A program made the translations under genes and the position numbers. From an uncultured Bacteroides sp. (GTDB taxonomy: Bacteria; Bacteroidota; Bacteroidia; Bacteroidales; GCA-2748055), in NCBI GenBank assembly GCA_964500835.1, contig CAZCQL010000003.1, positions 41,534-105,533 on the forward strand: 64,000 bases of DNA. Direction: 5' to 3'. The notes under the pieces were generated by a model. It was not told the DNA's origin. It made no database searches and was given only the letters and a program-made list of their open reading frames with translations. Below, piece after piece: positions 1-11,275 of this stretch; position 1 is the first letter of the stretch, and the number at the start of each line of letters is the position of its first letter.

Positions 1-1133
1 CCCATAGCCACCACTTCGGGTTTAACCCTGGCATCAAACGAGGGTCCCCTGGAACTGAAATTTGCTATCACATTGGTACTGTCTACCGCACCTACCGAAA
101 GGATGTCAAATGCATCGGCCGGGGCAGTCAGGTAGTACCAGGAGCTGCTGCCTTCATTGCCGGCGCTGTTGCACAAAATAATTCCCCGGGATGCGGTGAG
201 GGAAGCGGCCCTGGAGATAAAGGTTGTTTTACCATCCATGTCACGGTAAGTATAGTCATATTCCTCACCGTCAAAATCGGAATATCCCAAAGAGGTATTA
301 AATACATCAAATCCGAGGCTGTCCATATACTCTGCCCCCTCAATCCAGGCAATTTCCTCTATCCGGGTCTCCTGGTCACCGTTTTCTGTGGCGCAAAGGA
401 AATACGTGGCATGCGGAGCAGTACCTACCATATTCCCGTCCCATTCACCTCCCATGGTGGATAACACATGCATTCCATGCGAGTGCATACGAAAAACATC
501 CGTATCGTTCACAAAATTGCGTGTTCCCATTAACCTGCCTTCCTGTATCATGGATTCGAATGAAGGCAGACTATCCACATTGGTAAAACCGGCATCCAGG
601 ACTGCTATCCATACTCCTTTGCCGGTATACCCCAGGTCATGCAGGTAATCCACATTCATCATGGTAACCTGTTCAGTGGCGACGCCATAGGTATAACCGG
701 GGGGTTGTGCGAGAGGAGGATCAAATCTGTTTCCGATGGGAGGTGGGAGAAAATGGAGGTCATCGGTCGCAGGCTCCCATGGAATGGTATCTGTAAAAGG
801 TTTGGCCAGCACCTGGTCAAACAGTTGCTGACCGGCTCCTGTCATAGCTATTCCATTGAGCCATTTTGAGATGTGCTTGATTTCAACCCCCATGGCTTTG
901 AGTTCTTCTACATAGGCGGCAGTTACTGGAAGATCCCGGTGATCAATTCCCAGACCCTGCCATGCCCTACGGTTGATAGATCGTTCCGAGAGAAAGTCAT
1001 TTGGCTGGTCGATTTGATATCCGTTCTCCAGCTTGTCGGTAAAATACACCCAGTATACACTGTCGGCAATTTGTTGTGCCGAAACAGCTGATATCCAAAA
1101 GAGCATCCCTGCGATTATCCAAACTTTCTTCAT
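1..1133 (-). CDS. S8 (subtilisin-like) serine peptidase, N-terminal ~377 aa; C-terminus runs off the window edge
   Basis: Absent from the ORF track because it stays open to position 1. Translating the reverse strand from the ATG (complement of 1131-1133) gives MKKVWIIAGMLFWISAVSAQ (signal peptide), then KGVWIAVLDAGF (Asp box), HSHGMHVLSTMGG (His box) and CNSAGNEG (oxyanion Asn). The catalytic Ser would lie beyond the edge. Confidence 0.8.
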   Translation of the reverse strand, partial: MKKVWIIAGMLFWISAVSAQQIADSVYWVYFTDKLENGYQIDQPNDFLSERSINRRAWQGLGIDHRDLPVTAAYVEELKAMGVEIKHISKWLNGIAMTGAGQQLFDQVLAKPFTDTIPWEPATDDLHFLPPPIGNRFDPPLAQPPGYTYGVATEQVTMMNVDYLHDLGYTGKGVWIAVLDAGFTNVDSLPSFESMIQEGRLMGTRNFVNDTDVFRMHSHGMHVLSTMGGEWDGNMVGTAPHATYFLCATENGDQETRIEEIAWIEGAEYMDSLGFDVFNTSLGYSDFDGEEYDYTYRDMDGKTTFISRAASLTASRGIILCNSAGNEGSSSWYYLTAPADAFDILSVGAVDSTNVIANFSSRGPSFDARVKPEVVAM

Positions 1134-1160
1134 AATCCTTTTCTAATTAACAACGCGTGC

Positions 1161-1913
1161 TTAATAGTGTTGCATGGTTTCAGGTTCTGATATCAGTTGA
1201 TACTTTTCAAGGCTATCCGCCATCATTTGCTGGAATTTTTCCTGATGCACAGCCCTCCCAAGCAGGTATTCAATGGAGTATGATTCTTTCCCCGATTCGT
1301 CAAAAAAGCTCCAGGCATCATGTTTTTGATTTTTCAGGTAGAAACCCCTTACCTTGAGCGTGCTGTCGGGGTAAAACAGTTCATAGGAACCATCCAGCAT
1401 GCCGCCACGATAACCACACACCAACCTAATGGAACCATCCTCGTAAAATTGCTTCCATGCGCCATTTTTTATATTGTTTTGCCAATGCACTTCTTCGGAA
1501 ACCACCCCGGTGGAATAGTAACTTCTGACTATCCCATGAAGGTTTCCATTTTGATAGGACTCCCGGATCCTTACCGATCCGTCAAACTCTGAAAAATAAG
1601 TCCACACAGAGTCTTTGGATCTATTCACATACCATCCCTCGGCTGCCTGCTTTCCGTTCTTATAGTATAGCTTTGTAAAGCTCTTATCCTCCAGTGAATC
1701 GAACATCATGCGTGCACGGACAGTTCCATTCTCATAATACCGCACCATTTCCCCCACGGGATTTCCATGCTGGAAGCGGGCCTCGTAAAGTGTATTACCG
1801 GAAGCGTCTTCCACTTTCCAGAAACCGGTTTTTTGCCCCTGATCATCAAGAAGATTTTGACAATGAAGCGCAGGGGTACCGGCAAGCAGCAGAAGAATAA
1901 ATAACTGTTTCAT
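1161..1913 (-). CDS. Secreted MORN-variant repeat protein (YwqK-like)
   Basis: 250-aa ORF with signal peptide MKQLFILLLLAGTPALHC. It has reiterated G-x-W/x-x-Y-Y/F-x-x-G units (GEMVRYYENGTV, GWYVNRSKDSVWTYF, HGIVRSYYSTGVV, NGAWKQFYEDGSI, DGSYELFYPDSTL). Confidence 0.7.
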   Translation of the reverse strand: MKQLFILLLLAGTPALHCQNLLDDQGQKTGFWKVEDASGNTLYEARFQHGNPVGEMVRYYENGTVRARMMFDSLEDKSFTKLYYKNGKQAAEGWYVNRSKDSVWTYFSEFDGSVRIRESYQNGNLHGIVRSYYSTGVVSEEVHWQNNIKNGAWKQFYEDGSIRLVCGYRGGMLDGSYELFYPDSTLKVRGFYLKNQKHDAWSFFDESGKESYSIEYLLGRAVHQEKFQQMMADSLEKYQLISEPETMQHY

Positions 1914-1940
1914 ATTAGGAGGTTAAATATAGCGAAAAAG

Positions 1941-1976
1941 TAAAATAAAAAAGGCTGCCACAAATGCGACAGCCCT
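1941..1976 (-). terminator. Rho-independent terminator downstream of dnaK
   Basis: On the minus strand, ggctgtc-gcatttgt-ggcagcc is followed by ttttttatttt. The single non-Watson-Crick position is a G-U only in the minus-sense RNA. Confidence 0.7.
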
Positions 1977-2006
1977 TTCTTAAACCGATAGCCGGTGATG
2001 ATATAT

Positions 2007-3932
2007 TTATTTTACTTCTTCGAAATCCACATCAGTTACCTCACCATCATCTCCCTTGTCGGAAGAGGACTTCTGCGCGGTTTCACCTCCGGGGTCTGCT
2101 TGTCCCGCTTCCCCGCCTGCATCACCCTCCTGCTGGGCATTATAGAGGTCCTGTGAAGCAGCCTGCCATGCGGTATTCAAGGCTTCGGTGGCCTCATCAA
2201 TGGCAGGTATATCTTCCGACTTATGTGCTTCTTTCAACTTGGTTAAAGACTCCTCTATGGGAGTTTTCTTTTCAGCCGGAATCTTATCTCCAAACTCTTT
2301 CAGCTGCTTTTCAGTTTGGAAAACCAGACTGTCCGCATTGTTAAGTTTTTCGATGCGCTCCTTGGCACTTTTATCTGCTTCTTCATTCTCCTGGGCCTCC
2401 CTCTTCATCTTCTCAATTTCTTCGTCAGAGAGACCAGATGAAGCTTCAATCCGAATGCTCTGCTCTTTTCCGGTCCCTTTGTCCCTGGCCGATACGTTCA
2501 AAATACCGTTGGCATCAATGTCAAATGTAACTTCGATCTGGGGCATTCCCCTGGGCGAAGGCGGGATACCATCCAGATGAAATCGCCCAATGGTCTTATT
2601 ATCTTTGGCCATGGACCGTTCACCCTGAAGCACATGGATCTCGACGGAAGGCTGATTATCTGCAGCCGTTGTAAATGTCTGGGTCTTTTTGGTTGGAATT
2701 GTTGTATTGGATTCAATCAGCTTGGTATTTACACTCCCCATGGTTTCAATTCCAAGTGAAAGGGGGGTTACATCCAGGAGGAGTACATCTTTCACCTCCC
2801 CGGTAAGCACACCACCCTGAATAGCGGCGCCCACGGCAACGACCTCATCGGGATTAACGCCTTTAGAGGGAGATTTTCCAAAGAAATCTTCCACTACCTT
2901 TTGGATGGCTGGAATACGGGTTGATCCACCAACCAGGATAACTTCATTGATATCACCCGAACTAAGCCCGGAGTCTTTTAATGCCTTCTTACAGGGTTCT
3001 ATGACAGACTGGATCAGGCTATCGGCCAAACTCTCAAATTTGGCTCTTGAGAGAGTTTTTACCAGGTGCTTGGGAACTCCGTCTACCGGCATGATATAGG
3101 GCAGGTTGATTTCAGTCTGGGTTGAACTGGACAGCTCAATCTTGGCTTTTTCTGCGGCTTCTTTAAGACGCTGCAACGCCATGGGATCCTTCTTAAGATC
3201 TAATCCTTCGTCCTTTTTAAATTCCTCAGCCAGCCAATCAATGACAACCTGATCAAAATCGTCCCCACCAAGATGGGTATCACCGTTGGTCGATTTTACT
3301 TCAAATACCCCGTCACCTAATTCGAGGATAGAGATATCAAACGTTCCTCCTCCCAGGTCGAATACAGCGATTTTAAGGTCAGAGGTCTTTTTATCCAAAC
3401 CGTACGCAAGAGACGCTGCAGTTGGTTCATTAATGATCCTCTTTACACTCAATCCTGCAATCTCGCCAGCTTCCTTGGTAGCCTGGCGTTGAGAGTCGCT
3501 AAAGTAGGCAGGTACAGTAATCACAGCTTCAGAAACCTCCTGGCCAAGATAGTCCTCAGCCGTCTTCTTCATTTTCTGAAGGACCATGGCCGATATCTCC
3601 TGCGGGGAATATTTGCGGTCGTCAATCTGAACACGGGGGGTATTATTTTCACCTTTAGCCACTTTGTAAGGCACTCTTTTTATTTCTTTCGCCATCCTGT
3701 CATAGGTCTCGCCCATGAAACGTTTAATGGATGAAACGGTCTTAGTGGGATTTGTAATGGCCTGCCTCTTAGCAGGATCTCCCACTTTTCTTTCACCATC
3801 CGCAATAAAAGCCACCATGGAAGGGGTCGTACGTTTTCCTTCACTGTTCGGAATAACAACTGGTTCATTGCCTTCCATCACTGAAACACAGGAGTTCGTG
3901 GTACCTAAATCTATTCCAATAATCTTACTCAT
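2007..3932 (-). CDS. dnaK: Molecular chaperone DnaK (Hsp70)
   Basis: 641 aa with the Hsp70 signatures [22 protein letters not shown] and [11 protein letters not shown], plus an acidic C-terminal tail. Confidence 0.98.
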   Translation of the reverse strand: MSKIIGIDLGTTNSCVSVMEGNEPVVIPNSEGKRTTPSMVAFIADGERKVGDPAKRQAITNPTKTVSSIKRFMGETYDRMAKEIKRVPYKVAKGENNTPRVQIDDRKYSPQEISAMVLQKMKKTAEDYLGQEVSEAVITVPAYFSDSQRQATKEAGEIAGLSVKRIINEPTAASLAYGLDKKTSDLKIAVFDLGGGTFDISILELGDGVFEVKSTNGDTHLGGDDFDQVVIDWLAEEFKKDEGLDLKKDPMALQRLKEAAEKAKIELSSSTQTEINLPYIMPVDGVPKHLVKTLSRAKFESLADSLIQSVIEPCKKALKDSGLSSGDINEVILVGGSTRIPAIQKVVEDFFGKSPSKGVNPDEVVAVGAAIQGGVLTGEVKDVLLLDVTPLSLGIETMGSVNTKLIESNTTIPTKKTQTFTTAADNQPSVEIHVLQGERSMAKDNKTIGRFHLDGIPPSPRGMPQIEVTFDIDANGILNVSARDKGTGKEQSIRIEASSGLSDEEIEKMKREAQENEEADKSAKERIEKLNNADSLVFQTEKQLKEFGDKIPAEKKTPIEESLTKLKEAHKSEDIPAIDEATEALNTAWQAASQDLYNAQQEGDAGGEAGQADPGGETAQKSSSDKGDDGEVTDVDFEEVK

Positions 3933-4170
3933 AATAGTTATTTTCTATTTAATATTGTCAATATTAACTTTTTCAGTCTATCACATTTTCTAATTTTCAC
4001 ACTTTCACAGTTATTTACTAAGATTATGCCAATTGGGAATTTTACCTCTCAAATGCTATATTGGCACGAATATGAACCACATTCTTCTTAGTGCATGTCA
4101 GGTTTACTGACAAATTGACTGCCAAAAGGAAAATTATTTTAAACTTTGCACAGAACTTAACCTCCTGCCC

Positions 4171-4986
4171 ATGTCCCTCCACAAGAATGTGAAACGTGTA
4201 ACAACCCATGTACTTCATGCCATGAAGCTCAAGGGGGAGAAAATTGCCATGTTAACCGGGTATGATTATTCCTTTGCCCGCCTGCTTGACCAGGCTGGAA
4301 TAGATGTGATATTAGTGGGTGATTCTGCTTCAAATGTAATGGCAGGATTTGAAACTACCCTGCCTATCACGCTGGATAATATGATCTATCATGCAGCATC
4401 GGTGGTAAGGGCAACCAACCGTGCCCTGGTGGTGGTAGACCTTCCTTTCGGGACCTACCAGGGCAATTCCATAGAGGCACTTGCATCTGCCATAAGGATC
4501 ATGAAAGAGACCGGGGCAAGTGGCATTAAACTGGAAGGGGGTATGGAAGTCAAAGAATCCATTGAGCGGATCCTGTCAGCTGGAATCCCTGTCATGGGCC
4601 ACCTCGGGCTAACGCCCCAGGCAATTCATAAGTTTGGTACTTATGTGGTACGGGCCACGGAGAAGGAGGAAGCCGATAAATTAAAAGAAGATGCACTTCT
4701 CATTGCAAAAACAGGCTGCTTTGCCCTGGTACTGGAAAAAATCCCGGCGAAGCTGGCAACCCAAGTGACGCAATCCCTCACCATTCCGACCATTGGAATC
4801 GGAGCCGGTTCCGGGGTCGATGGCCAGGTGCTGGTTTTGCATGATATGCTGGGCATCACACAGGAATTTTCTCCCAGGTTCCTGCGCCGTTACCACAACC
4901 TGCAAATGGAAATCAAGGGTGCGGTTCAGAACTACATCGATGATGTCCGGACCAAGCAGTTTCCCAATGAAAATGAACAATACTAA
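4171..4986 (+). CDS. panB: 3-methyl-2-oxobutanoate hydroxymethyltransferase
   Basis: 271 aa. [39 protein letters not shown] and IGIGAG are typical of PanB. Confidence 0.93.
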   Translation: MSLHKNVKRVTTHVLHAMKLKGEKIAMLTGYDYSFARLLDQAGIDVILVGDSASNVMAGFETTLPITLDNMIYHAASVVRATNRALVVVDLPFGTYQGNSIEALASAIRIMKETGASGIKLEGGMEVKESIERILSAGIPVMGHLGLTPQAIHKFGTYVVRATEKEEADKLKEDALLIAKTGCFALVLEKIPAKLATQVTQSLTIPTIGIGAGSGVDGQVLVLHDMLGITQEFSPRFLRRYHNLQMEIKGAVQNYIDDVRTKQFPNENEQY

Positions 4987-5022
4987 TGGTCCTGGTGCCT
5001 GGCAGGCACTAAATTAAATCAA

Positions 5023-5742
5023 GTGAGCAACCCATATCCCCCGGTTACTATCCTGTATGAAGACAATCACCTGATGGTTGTGAACAAACGGGTTTCTGAC
5101 ATCGTGCAGGGAGATCAGACAGGCGATGCTTCCCTGGATCGAATTCTGAAGGAGTATATCAGGGAGAGGGATGGAAAACCTGGGGAGGTATTTCTGGGAA
5201 TTCCCCATCGGCTTGACCGGCCGGTAAGTGGTGTGGTCATTTTCGCCAAAACCAGCAAGGCGTTACGTCGCATGGCCAATTTGTTTAAGGAGAAGGAGAT
5301 AGAGAAGGTCTATCATGCGATCGTTGAAAAATGCCCTCAGCCGGAGTCAGGTATCCTTGAGCATTATATTACCAGAAATACAAAGCAGAATAAATCCTAT
5401 GTACATTCCAGTGAGGTGGCGAATTCGAAGTGGGCCCGCCTAAGTTACAGGAAACTGGCCTCATCGGACCACTACCACCTTCTGGAAATTATACTTGAAA
5501 CAGGCAGGCACCACCAGATAAGGGCTCAACTGGCCGCATCAGGCAGTGTGGTGAAGGGTGACCGGAAGTATGGTGCCAGGAGGAGCAATAAGAATGGAGG
5601 GATCAGTTTGCATGCCCGTAAAGTATCCTTCCTTCACCCGGTAAAAAAAGAGCTCATTGAGGTGGTGGCACCCTATCCCAAAATGGACATTTATCCTGTC
5701 TTTAATGTAAAAGGCAGCGGGAGCAGATCGGAAACCCGGTGA
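5023..5742 (+). CDS. RluA-family pseudouridine synthase
   Basis: GTG start. Carries ILYEDNHLMVVNK, HRLDRPVSGVVIFAK (catalytic Asp motif) and GRHHQIRAQLA. Its 3' end overlaps cdd convergently by 52 nt. Confidence 0.85.
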   Translation: MSNPYPPVTILYEDNHLMVVNKRVSDIVQGDQTGDASLDRILKEYIRERDGKPGEVFLGIPHRLDRPVSGVVIFAKTSKALRRMANLFKEKEIEKVYHAIVEKCPQPESGILEHYITRNTKQNKSYVHSSEVANSKWARLSYRKLASSDHYHLLEIILETGRHHQIRAQLAASGSVVKGDRKYGARRSNKNGGISLHARKVSFLHPVKKELIEVVAPYPKMDIYPVFNVKGSGSRSETR

Positions 5743-6170
5743 ATCACCTGTATCTTTTTTGTGCCATATAGAAGAAGCTCCATTGGGGAACCAGCTTGTA
5801 ATTCCATCTCGCAAAGCACCTGTCTGCATGCACCACAGGGTGGAACAGGCAACTCCTGGATTGATCCATTTTGCATGGCAGCGATGGCCAGGGAGGTGGC
5901 AGGTACATCGGGAAATTGGGCACCGGCATAAAAGACGGCAACTCGTTCTGCGCAAAGTCCTGATGGGTAAGCAGCATTCTCCTGGTTATTCCCTGTGATA
6001 ATTTCTCCATTCCTTAGCTGAACCGCAGCACCTACATGATAACCGGAATAGGGAGCATATGCTTTTCCTGCAGCTTCTATTGCCTGCCTGACCAGGGACA
6101 CCTGAAATTCTGCAAGTTCATCCAGGCGGTCATACTCGTTAAACAGGAATTTTAAAGCTCGTGGCTTCAT
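5691..6170 (-). CDS. cdd: Cytidine deaminase
   Basis: 159 aa with the zinc/catalytic motifs CAERVA and PCGACRQ. Confidence 0.9.
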   Translation of the reverse strand: MKPRALKFLFNEYDRLDELAEFQVSLVRQAIEAAGKAYAPYSGYHVGAAVQLRNGEIITGNNQENAAYPSGLCAERVAVFYAGAQFPDVPATSLAIAAMQNGSIQELPVPPCGACRQVLCEMELQAGSPMELLLYGTKKIQVIHRVSDLLPLPFTLKTG

Positions 6171-6331
6171 ATTCAGGATGAGTTTGACATAAAAATACAG
6201 TTTTTCTCATTTGCACGTTCATTTGTTATGAACTCGCGATGATGAAACAAGTATTGTTAAAAACTCCCATAAGGAAATGAATCCCATATCCCTATTTTTA
6301 CGGGAATCATTGTGAGGGACACGTTGATCTT

Positions 6332-7330
6332 ATGAAAAGAGTTACCTGGTTTGTACTTTGTTTGATGCTACAGGTTTTTGTGCATGGGCAGGACGAGGGG
6401 AAGTTGACACGAGCCGCATATATTAGTACCTATTCAGAACTTGCCATGAAGGAAATGGAACGGGTGGGGATTCCGGCCAGTATCACCCTGGCTCAGGGTT
6501 GCCTGGAATCCAATAATGGCAACAGCAGGCTTGCAGTTCGGGGGAACAATCATTTTGGCATAAAGTGCCATGACTGGACTGGTAAAACACTCCGGCACCA
6601 TGATGATTCCAGGAATGAGTGTTTCAGAGCTTACGCTTCACCCTATGAGTCATTTAAAGATCATTCCCAGTTTTTAACTACCAAAACAAGGTACGCAGAG
6701 CTCTTTGAATTGAATCCCCACGATTACAGGGGATGGGCAAGAGGGCTGAAGAGAACGGGCTATGCCACCGCAAACAACTATGCCACCCTGCTTATCCGGA
6801 TCATCGAAGAGAATGAACTCTACAGGTACGACCTCCTGGTGCTGGAAGGAGGGATGGGTGAAGGGACCGATACGACTTCCCACCTCGCCGAACATCATTA
6901 TCCAACCACCCGCCAGATTCTAATGAATAACCGCATCGAATTTATTCTTGTGGAACCGGGAGATTCACCAGAATCTTTGAGGGATGAGCTGAGCCTGTAT
7001 AAAAATGAGCTATACAGGTACAACAACCTGTACAAGGGTGCAAAACTGGAATCCGGACAAATCATTTACCTTCAGCCAAAGCGGAAGAAGGCTGCCCGCG
7101 GCAATGAAATCCATATAGTGGAGGGCGGGCAAACCATGTATGACATATCTCAGATCTATGGTGTCAGGTTAAAGAATCTTTATAAAATGAACCTGATGGC
7201 TGAGGGAGAGCAACCTTTCGAGGGCACCGAAATCAACCTGCGGAGAAAAAAACGGGAACCGTTGCGTAAACCGGAACCGCTTGAGGAGGAATATGAAGAA
7301 GACGAAATGGAGTTCAGGTTCGAGAACTAA
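6332..7330 (+). CDS. Secreted glucosaminidase-domain peptidoglycan hydrolase with C-terminal LysM
   Basis: Has a signal peptide. LAQGCLESNNGNS..NNHFGIK is muramidase/glucosaminidase-like. IHIVEGGQTMYDISQIYGVRLKNLYKMN is a LysM motif. Confidence 0.85.
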   Translation: MKRVTWFVLCLMLQVFVHGQDEGKLTRAAYISTYSELAMKEMERVGIPASITLAQGCLESNNGNSRLAVRGNNHFGIKCHDWTGKTLRHHDDSRNECFRAYASPYESFKDHSQFLTTKTRYAELFELNPHDYRGWARGLKRTGYATANNYATLLIRIIEENELYRYDLLVLEGGMGEGTDTTSHLAEHHYPTTRQILMNNRIEFILVEPGDSPESLRDELSLYKNELYRYNNLYKGAKLESGQIIYLQPKRKKAARGNEIHIVEGGQTMYDISQIYGVRLKNLYKMNLMAEGEQPFEGTEINLRRKKREPLRKPEPLEEEYEEDEMEFRFEN

Positions 7331-7399
7331 GGATGTTCAAAACATGTTAATAATTTTTTGATAGTCAAAACTTTACATTGATCCGGCTACTTCTTAAAT

Positions 7400-7876
7400 T
7401 TGTATGAAAACCGGATCATGGCCGAAACCGATTCCACTCCCATTAAAATGGTACTTCCGCCGGATGGAAGGCAGACCAGATTAGATTTTTTCGAGGAGAA
7501 ACCAGTGAAGAAGAGCACTCCAGAATGGTGGCATTCGCTTTCTTCATGGTTCAGGCCTGAGCGACACGCGGCTGGCCCGAACCAAAAGCATTTTTCCGAA
7601 CAACTGGAAAAGGAAGGTTATTCTGAAAAAACCAGGAAAACTTACCTTTTCATGATGAAGAGGTTCTTCGATTATTTTGAAGATCCGGAACCTGCGAGCA
7701 TTACCATGGGGGAGATCGAAGACTACAATTTTGAATTTTTTGTTTCCGGAAGGTACTCCCGGTCCTACCAGCTTCAGTTTATCAATGCCATCAAACTCTT
7801 TTACCACCTCACGGAAGGGATCGAGCTGAATCTTAAGAAACTCAGGAAAACCAATGCGGGCCCGAAACCAAATTGA
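7400..7876 (+). CDS. Orphan tyrosine-recombinase N-terminal (SAM-like) domain protein; catalytic domain absent
   Basis: 158 aa. YSEKTRKTYLFMMKRFFDYF...YQLQFINAIKLFYH matches the integrase core-binding domain. The ORF stops where the catalytic domain should begin and overlaps the fmt 3' end by 35 nt. Confidence 0.5.
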   Translation: MYENRIMAETDSTPIKMVLPPDGRQTRLDFFEEKPVKKSTPEWWHSLSSWFRPERHAAGPNQKHFSEQLEKEGYSEKTRKTYLFMMKRFFDYFEDPEPASITMGEIEDYNFEFFVSGRYSRSYQLQFINAIKLFYHLTEGIELNLKKLRKTNAGPKPN

Positions 7877-8885
7877 ATCCTGCGAGAAATTCACCTATAT
7901 CCATCCTTCTCTTCCCTTCTTGCTGCACGGAATGCAGCGTAATGTAACCGTCTCTGACAGCAACCTTGAGGAAATTTTTCCCATCGGACCGGATAGTCCC
8001 GGGAGGTTCGGTGTGCGCTGCTACTTCAAAAGCTGAACTGAAGATTTTAAAAAGGACCTTCTTAGCCTCCGATCTATTAAGGAATGAAAATGCAGCCGGG
8101 GAGGGACTTAATCCCCTGATCAGGTTATTTACATTTGTCCCCGGCTGGTCCCAGGATATGTGGCGAAGATCTTTATTAATTTTCGGAGCGTGCATAAGTT
8201 CTGCTTCGCCGGTGGAAAAACTCTCCTGTGATAGTGCCTCCAATCTGCCTGAAACCAGCCGGTTGACTGTTTCAAGCACCAGGGTTGCACCCAGGATCAT
8301 CAACCTGTCATGAAGCTCCCCTGCTGTATCGGTTTCACCGATGGTCGTTTTCTTTTGTAAGAGGATATTCCCCGTATCGATTTTTTCGTCAATCATAAAG
8401 GTGGTGACACCCGTTATCGATTCACCGTTCATGATGGCGTGGTTGATGGGAGCTGCCCCCCTGTATTGGGGCAGAAGAGATGCATGCAGGTTACATGTGC
8501 CAAGCCGCGGAATTTGCCAGACCACCTTTGGCAGCATGCGGAATGCCACAACCACCTGCAGATCGGGCTGCAATCCGGAAAGCTCATTTACAAACCCGGG
8601 ATCTTTCAGATTTTCAGGTTGTAACAGAAGCAACGGCTGGCCAGGGTTTGCTTCAGGGTTTGTTTCAGGGTTTGTTTCAGGGTTTGCTTCAGAGTCCAGG
8701 TTTTTATCCAGAACAAACTGTTTGACTGCTGAATAGTGAATTTTCTTTCCCCGGCCTGAGGGTTTGTCCGGGGCTGTGATCACAGCGACCACGTTGTACC
8801 CGGCATTAAGCAGTTTCGCCAGGGGAGCCACTGCAAATTCAGGGGTCCCCATGTACACAATGCGAAGGGAATTAACGTCCTTCAT
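7842..8885 (-). CDS. fmt: Methionyl-tRNA formyltransferase with a repeat-encoded loop insertion
   Basis: [22 protein letters not shown] and [14 protein letters not shown] are present. The likely start is MKDVNSL (ATG at 8885), although the ORF is open up to 8936. Overlaps the ribBA stop by 14 nt. Confidence 0.9.
   Translation of the reverse strand: MKDVNSLRIVYMGTPEFAVAPLAKLLNAGYNVVAVITAPDKPSGRGKKIHYSAVKQFVLDKNLDSEANPETNPETNPEANPGQPLLLLQPENLKDPGFVNELSGLQPDLQVVVAFRMLPKVVWQIPRLGTCNLHASLLPQYRGAAPINHAIMNGESITGVTTFMIDEKIDTGNILLQKKTTIGETDTAGELHDRLMILGATLVLETVNRLVSGRLEALSQESFSTGEAELMHAPKINKDLRHISWDQPGTNVNNLIRGLSPSPAAFSFLNRSEAKKVLFKIFSSAFEVAAHTEPPGTIRSDGKNFLKVAVRDGYITLHSVQQEGKRRMDIGEFLAGFNLVSGPHWFS
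8643..8690 (-). repeat. 12-bp tandem repeat x4 inside fmt (encodes [16 protein letters not shown])
   Basis: The plus strand reads agggtttgcttc / agggtttgtttc / agggtttgtttc / agggtttgcttc, in frame. Confidence 0.95.
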
Positions 8886-10137
8886 CGTGAGGATTCTCAT
8901 ACCTGGCAATGTTGAGGAAATGCCCCATCTTATCACGCTTTGTTTCCAGGTAAAACTGGTTGTACTGGTTGGATTTAACTTCCAGGTTAATGGTGTCCAT
9001 AATCTTCATCCCGTATCCCTCTAGTCCGGTTTTCTTTACAGGATTGTTGGTTAGTAACCTGATGTTCCTGATTCCCAGTGAGTGAAGCATTCCTGCACCT
9101 ACTCCGTAGTCCCGTTCATCCTCTTTAAATCCAAGTTCCACATTGGCCTCAACGGTATCCCTGCCCTGCTCCTGGAGTTTATAGGCCTTCATTTTGTTGT
9201 AAAGTCCAATGCCTCTACCCTCCTGATTTAAGTAAATGATGACTCCCTGTCCTTCTTCCTGGATAATCTGCATGGCCATATGAAGCTGGTCTCCGCAGTC
9301 GCACCGATAGCTCCCGAATATGTCCCCGGTGACACAGGAGGAGTGAACCCTGACCATTACAGGATCAGTTTCTGACCACGATCCTTTCGTAAGTGCCACA
9401 TGTTCCAGCCCATTGGATTTTTGTATAAAGGGAATGAGCATAAAATCTCCGTATTCGGTAGGTAAATTTACCTCTGTTCCTTTGATTATAATGCTATCTG
9501 TGTTCAGCCTGTAGGCGATCAGGTCTTTGATGGAGATAATGTGCAGGTTGAACTCCCGGGCAAGGTCCATCAACTCAGGAAGCCGTGCCATGGTTCCATC
9601 GCCGTTCATGATCTCTACCAGGACTCCGCCTGGTTTCAGATCGGCTAATTTTGTCAAATCCAGGGCAGCTTCGGTGTGGCCTGCCCTTCTTAGAACACCC
9701 TGTCTTTTGGATTTTAAGGGGAAGATATGTCCGGGACGTGCAAGGTCATCCGGACGCGTTACAGGATCCACAAGGGCTCTTAATGTTTTGGCCCGGTCAG
9801 ATGCCGAAATTCCCGTAGTAGTTCCATGTCCAAGCAGGTCGACCGACACGGTAAAGGCCGTGGTGTGGCTGCTGGTATTGGATCTGACCATCATCGGAAG
9901 ATCCAGTTCCGTACATCTTTCTTCGGTAAGGGCGGCACAGATCAACCCTTTCCCATGGGTAGCCATAAAATTGACATTTTCTGGGGTGACCAGCTCGGCA
10001 GCGCATATGAAATCCCCCTCATTTTCCCTGTCTTCATCATCCACCACGATGATGATCTTCCCATTCCTGATATCTTCCAGGGCCTCCTCGATGGCGTTCA
10101 GCCTAATCCTGGTTTCTCCTTGTTGGTTGCCAGACAT
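8872..10137 (-). CDS. ribBA: Bifunctional 3,4-dihydroxy-2-butanone-4-phosphate synthase / GTP cyclohydrolase II
   Basis: 421 aa. [12 protein letters not shown] marks the DHBPS half. [18 protein letters not shown] and TNNPVK mark the GCH-II half. Confidence 0.95.
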   Translation of the reverse strand: MSGNQQGETRIRLNAIEEALEDIRNGKIIIVVDDEDRENEGDFICAAELVTPENVNFMATHGKGLICAALTEERCTELDLPMMVRSNTSSHTTAFTVSVDLLGHGTTTGISASDRAKTLRALVDPVTRPDDLARPGHIFPLKSKRQGVLRRAGHTEAALDLTKLADLKPGGVLVEIMNGDGTMARLPELMDLAREFNLHIISIKDLIAYRLNTDSIIIKGTEVNLPTEYGDFMLIPFIQKSNGLEHVALTKGSWSETDPVMVRVHSSCVTGDIFGSYRCDCGDQLHMAMQIIQEEGQGVIIYLNQEGRGIGLYNKMKAYKLQEQGRDTVEANVELGFKEDERDYGVGAGMLHSLGIRNIRLLTNNPVKKTGLEGYGMKIMDTINLEVKSNQYNQFYLETKRDKMGHFLNIARYENPHDEGR

Positions 10138-11275
10138 TGCTCTTTATACCTCCAATATATCTAATAAAGCCGGCCAATAGGGCCACGTTCATCAACACAA
10201 AATGTGAAACGAACCGCAAAGGTATAGTATGAATCTTAATTTTCCTCAGAAAAAAGTCAATAAGAGGGATTACAAGGACAATGAGTTGTAAAATAGCCAG
10301 GATCCGGTAGGTCATCAGAGACATACCCAATGCGAGGGAAGTACCCAGGGTGACCATGACCAAAAGCGGTACATACCATCTGATGATTTTGTGCGAGAAA
10401 AAACAAAAGGACACTCCGGCTTTGCCCGAGAACAGAAGGGATCGAAATGCAGCCAGGTTCTGGAAATTTCCTGCAGATATCCTTCTCTTTCGCCTGAATT
10501 CCTCCGGCAGGTCGTTGGATACATCCTCAAATACATTGGCATCCACATTGCTGATGCATTTGAAACCTTGCTGAAGAACGGCCATATTGATGTAGAAATC
10601 GTCTACCAGAAAATTTTTGGGCACAGGCCTGAACAGTTTCTTTCTAACGGCATAACATCCGCCAAATGGTCCCATCATGGATCCCCACAGGATGCTTTCG
10701 TAGTGCTTGATCCTCACTTCACGACTGATGTAAAACTTCTCCTGGTGTGATATTCCGTCTTTCTTTAACCGGGTATTTATCATTCTGGAGTCAATCAAAC
10801 CAATCTCGGCCTGAACGAAATAACCGATCATCTCCGAGAGGGTGGTTCTGTCCAGCATCACATTTGCATCAGTGATCACCAGTATATCTCCTTTCGATTC
10901 CGTGGCCAGCCTGTTCACTACTTCCGGCTTTCCAATTCTCTCTTCAAACAGGATGACTCGCGTGGCCGGATTCTCATGGGACAATCGCTTAATTAGTTTA
11001 TTGGTTGAGTCTGTAGAAGCATCTGAGCCCACAATAATTTCGAGGCGGTCTGCTGGATAATCGCTTTCAAGAATTGATTTAATTTTTGATTGAATTACTT
11101 CTTCTTCGTTGTATGCTGAGATGAGTACCGATATGAGCGGCAAATCCCCGAATTGATATCTGGCACCCGACAGTGACTTCCTCCCTGCCAGAAGTTGTAA
11201 AATGCCGGGAAAAATTAGATAGGAATATAGAATCAGGAAGAGGCTGACCCAGAATATTACCTGAAGTGAAATCAT
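10103..11275 (-). CDS. Family-2 glycosyltransferase (membrane-anchored)
   Basis: [21 protein letters not shown] and ITDANV are present, with several C-terminal TM helices. Overlaps ribBA by 35 nt and the GT4 stop by 4 nt. Confidence 0.85.
   Translation of the reverse strand: MISLQVIFWVSLFLILYSYLIFPGILQLLAGRKSLSGARYQFGDLPLISVLISAYNEEEVIQSKIKSILESDYPADRLEIIVGSDASTDSTNKLIKRLSHENPATRVILFEERIGKPEVVNRLATESKGDILVITDANVMLDRTTLSEMIGYFVQAEIGLIDSRMINTRLKKDGISHQEKFYISREVRIKHYESILWGSMMGPFGGCYAVRKKLFRPVPKNFLVDDFYINMAVLQQGFKCISNVDANVFEDVSNDLPEEFRRKRRISAGNFQNLAAFRSLLFSGKAGVSFCFFSHKIIRWYVPLLVMVTLGTSLALGMSLMTYRILAILQLIVLVIPLIDFFLRKIKIHTIPLRFVSHFVLMNVALLAGFIRYIGGIKSNVWQPTRRNQD

Noticed and set aside
2188-3993. 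Multiple 60-130-aa track ORFs antisense to or out of frame with dnaK. Similar cases occur inside the RND pump, ribBA, GH95, MATE and others.
   Set aside because: They lie completely inside long, motif-rich genes on the other strand or frame, and their sequences are low-complexity or shadow-like. They were treated as ORF-finder artefacts.
5691-5742. A 52-nt convergent overlap of the rluA-like and cdd 3' ends, considered as a possible mis-call or antisense regulatory arrangement.
   Set aside because: Both ORFs carry their family motifs up to near their ends. Such convergent overlaps are common in compact genomes, and nothing else supports a special function.
10103-10180. Looked for an FMN riboswitch upstream of ribBA. 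Also looked for SAM/cobalamin-type leaders upstream of 53203 and 25364.
   Set aside because: The ribBA start is buried in the preceding gene. The other leaders are short and AT-rich and lack the conserved riboswitch cores I know.
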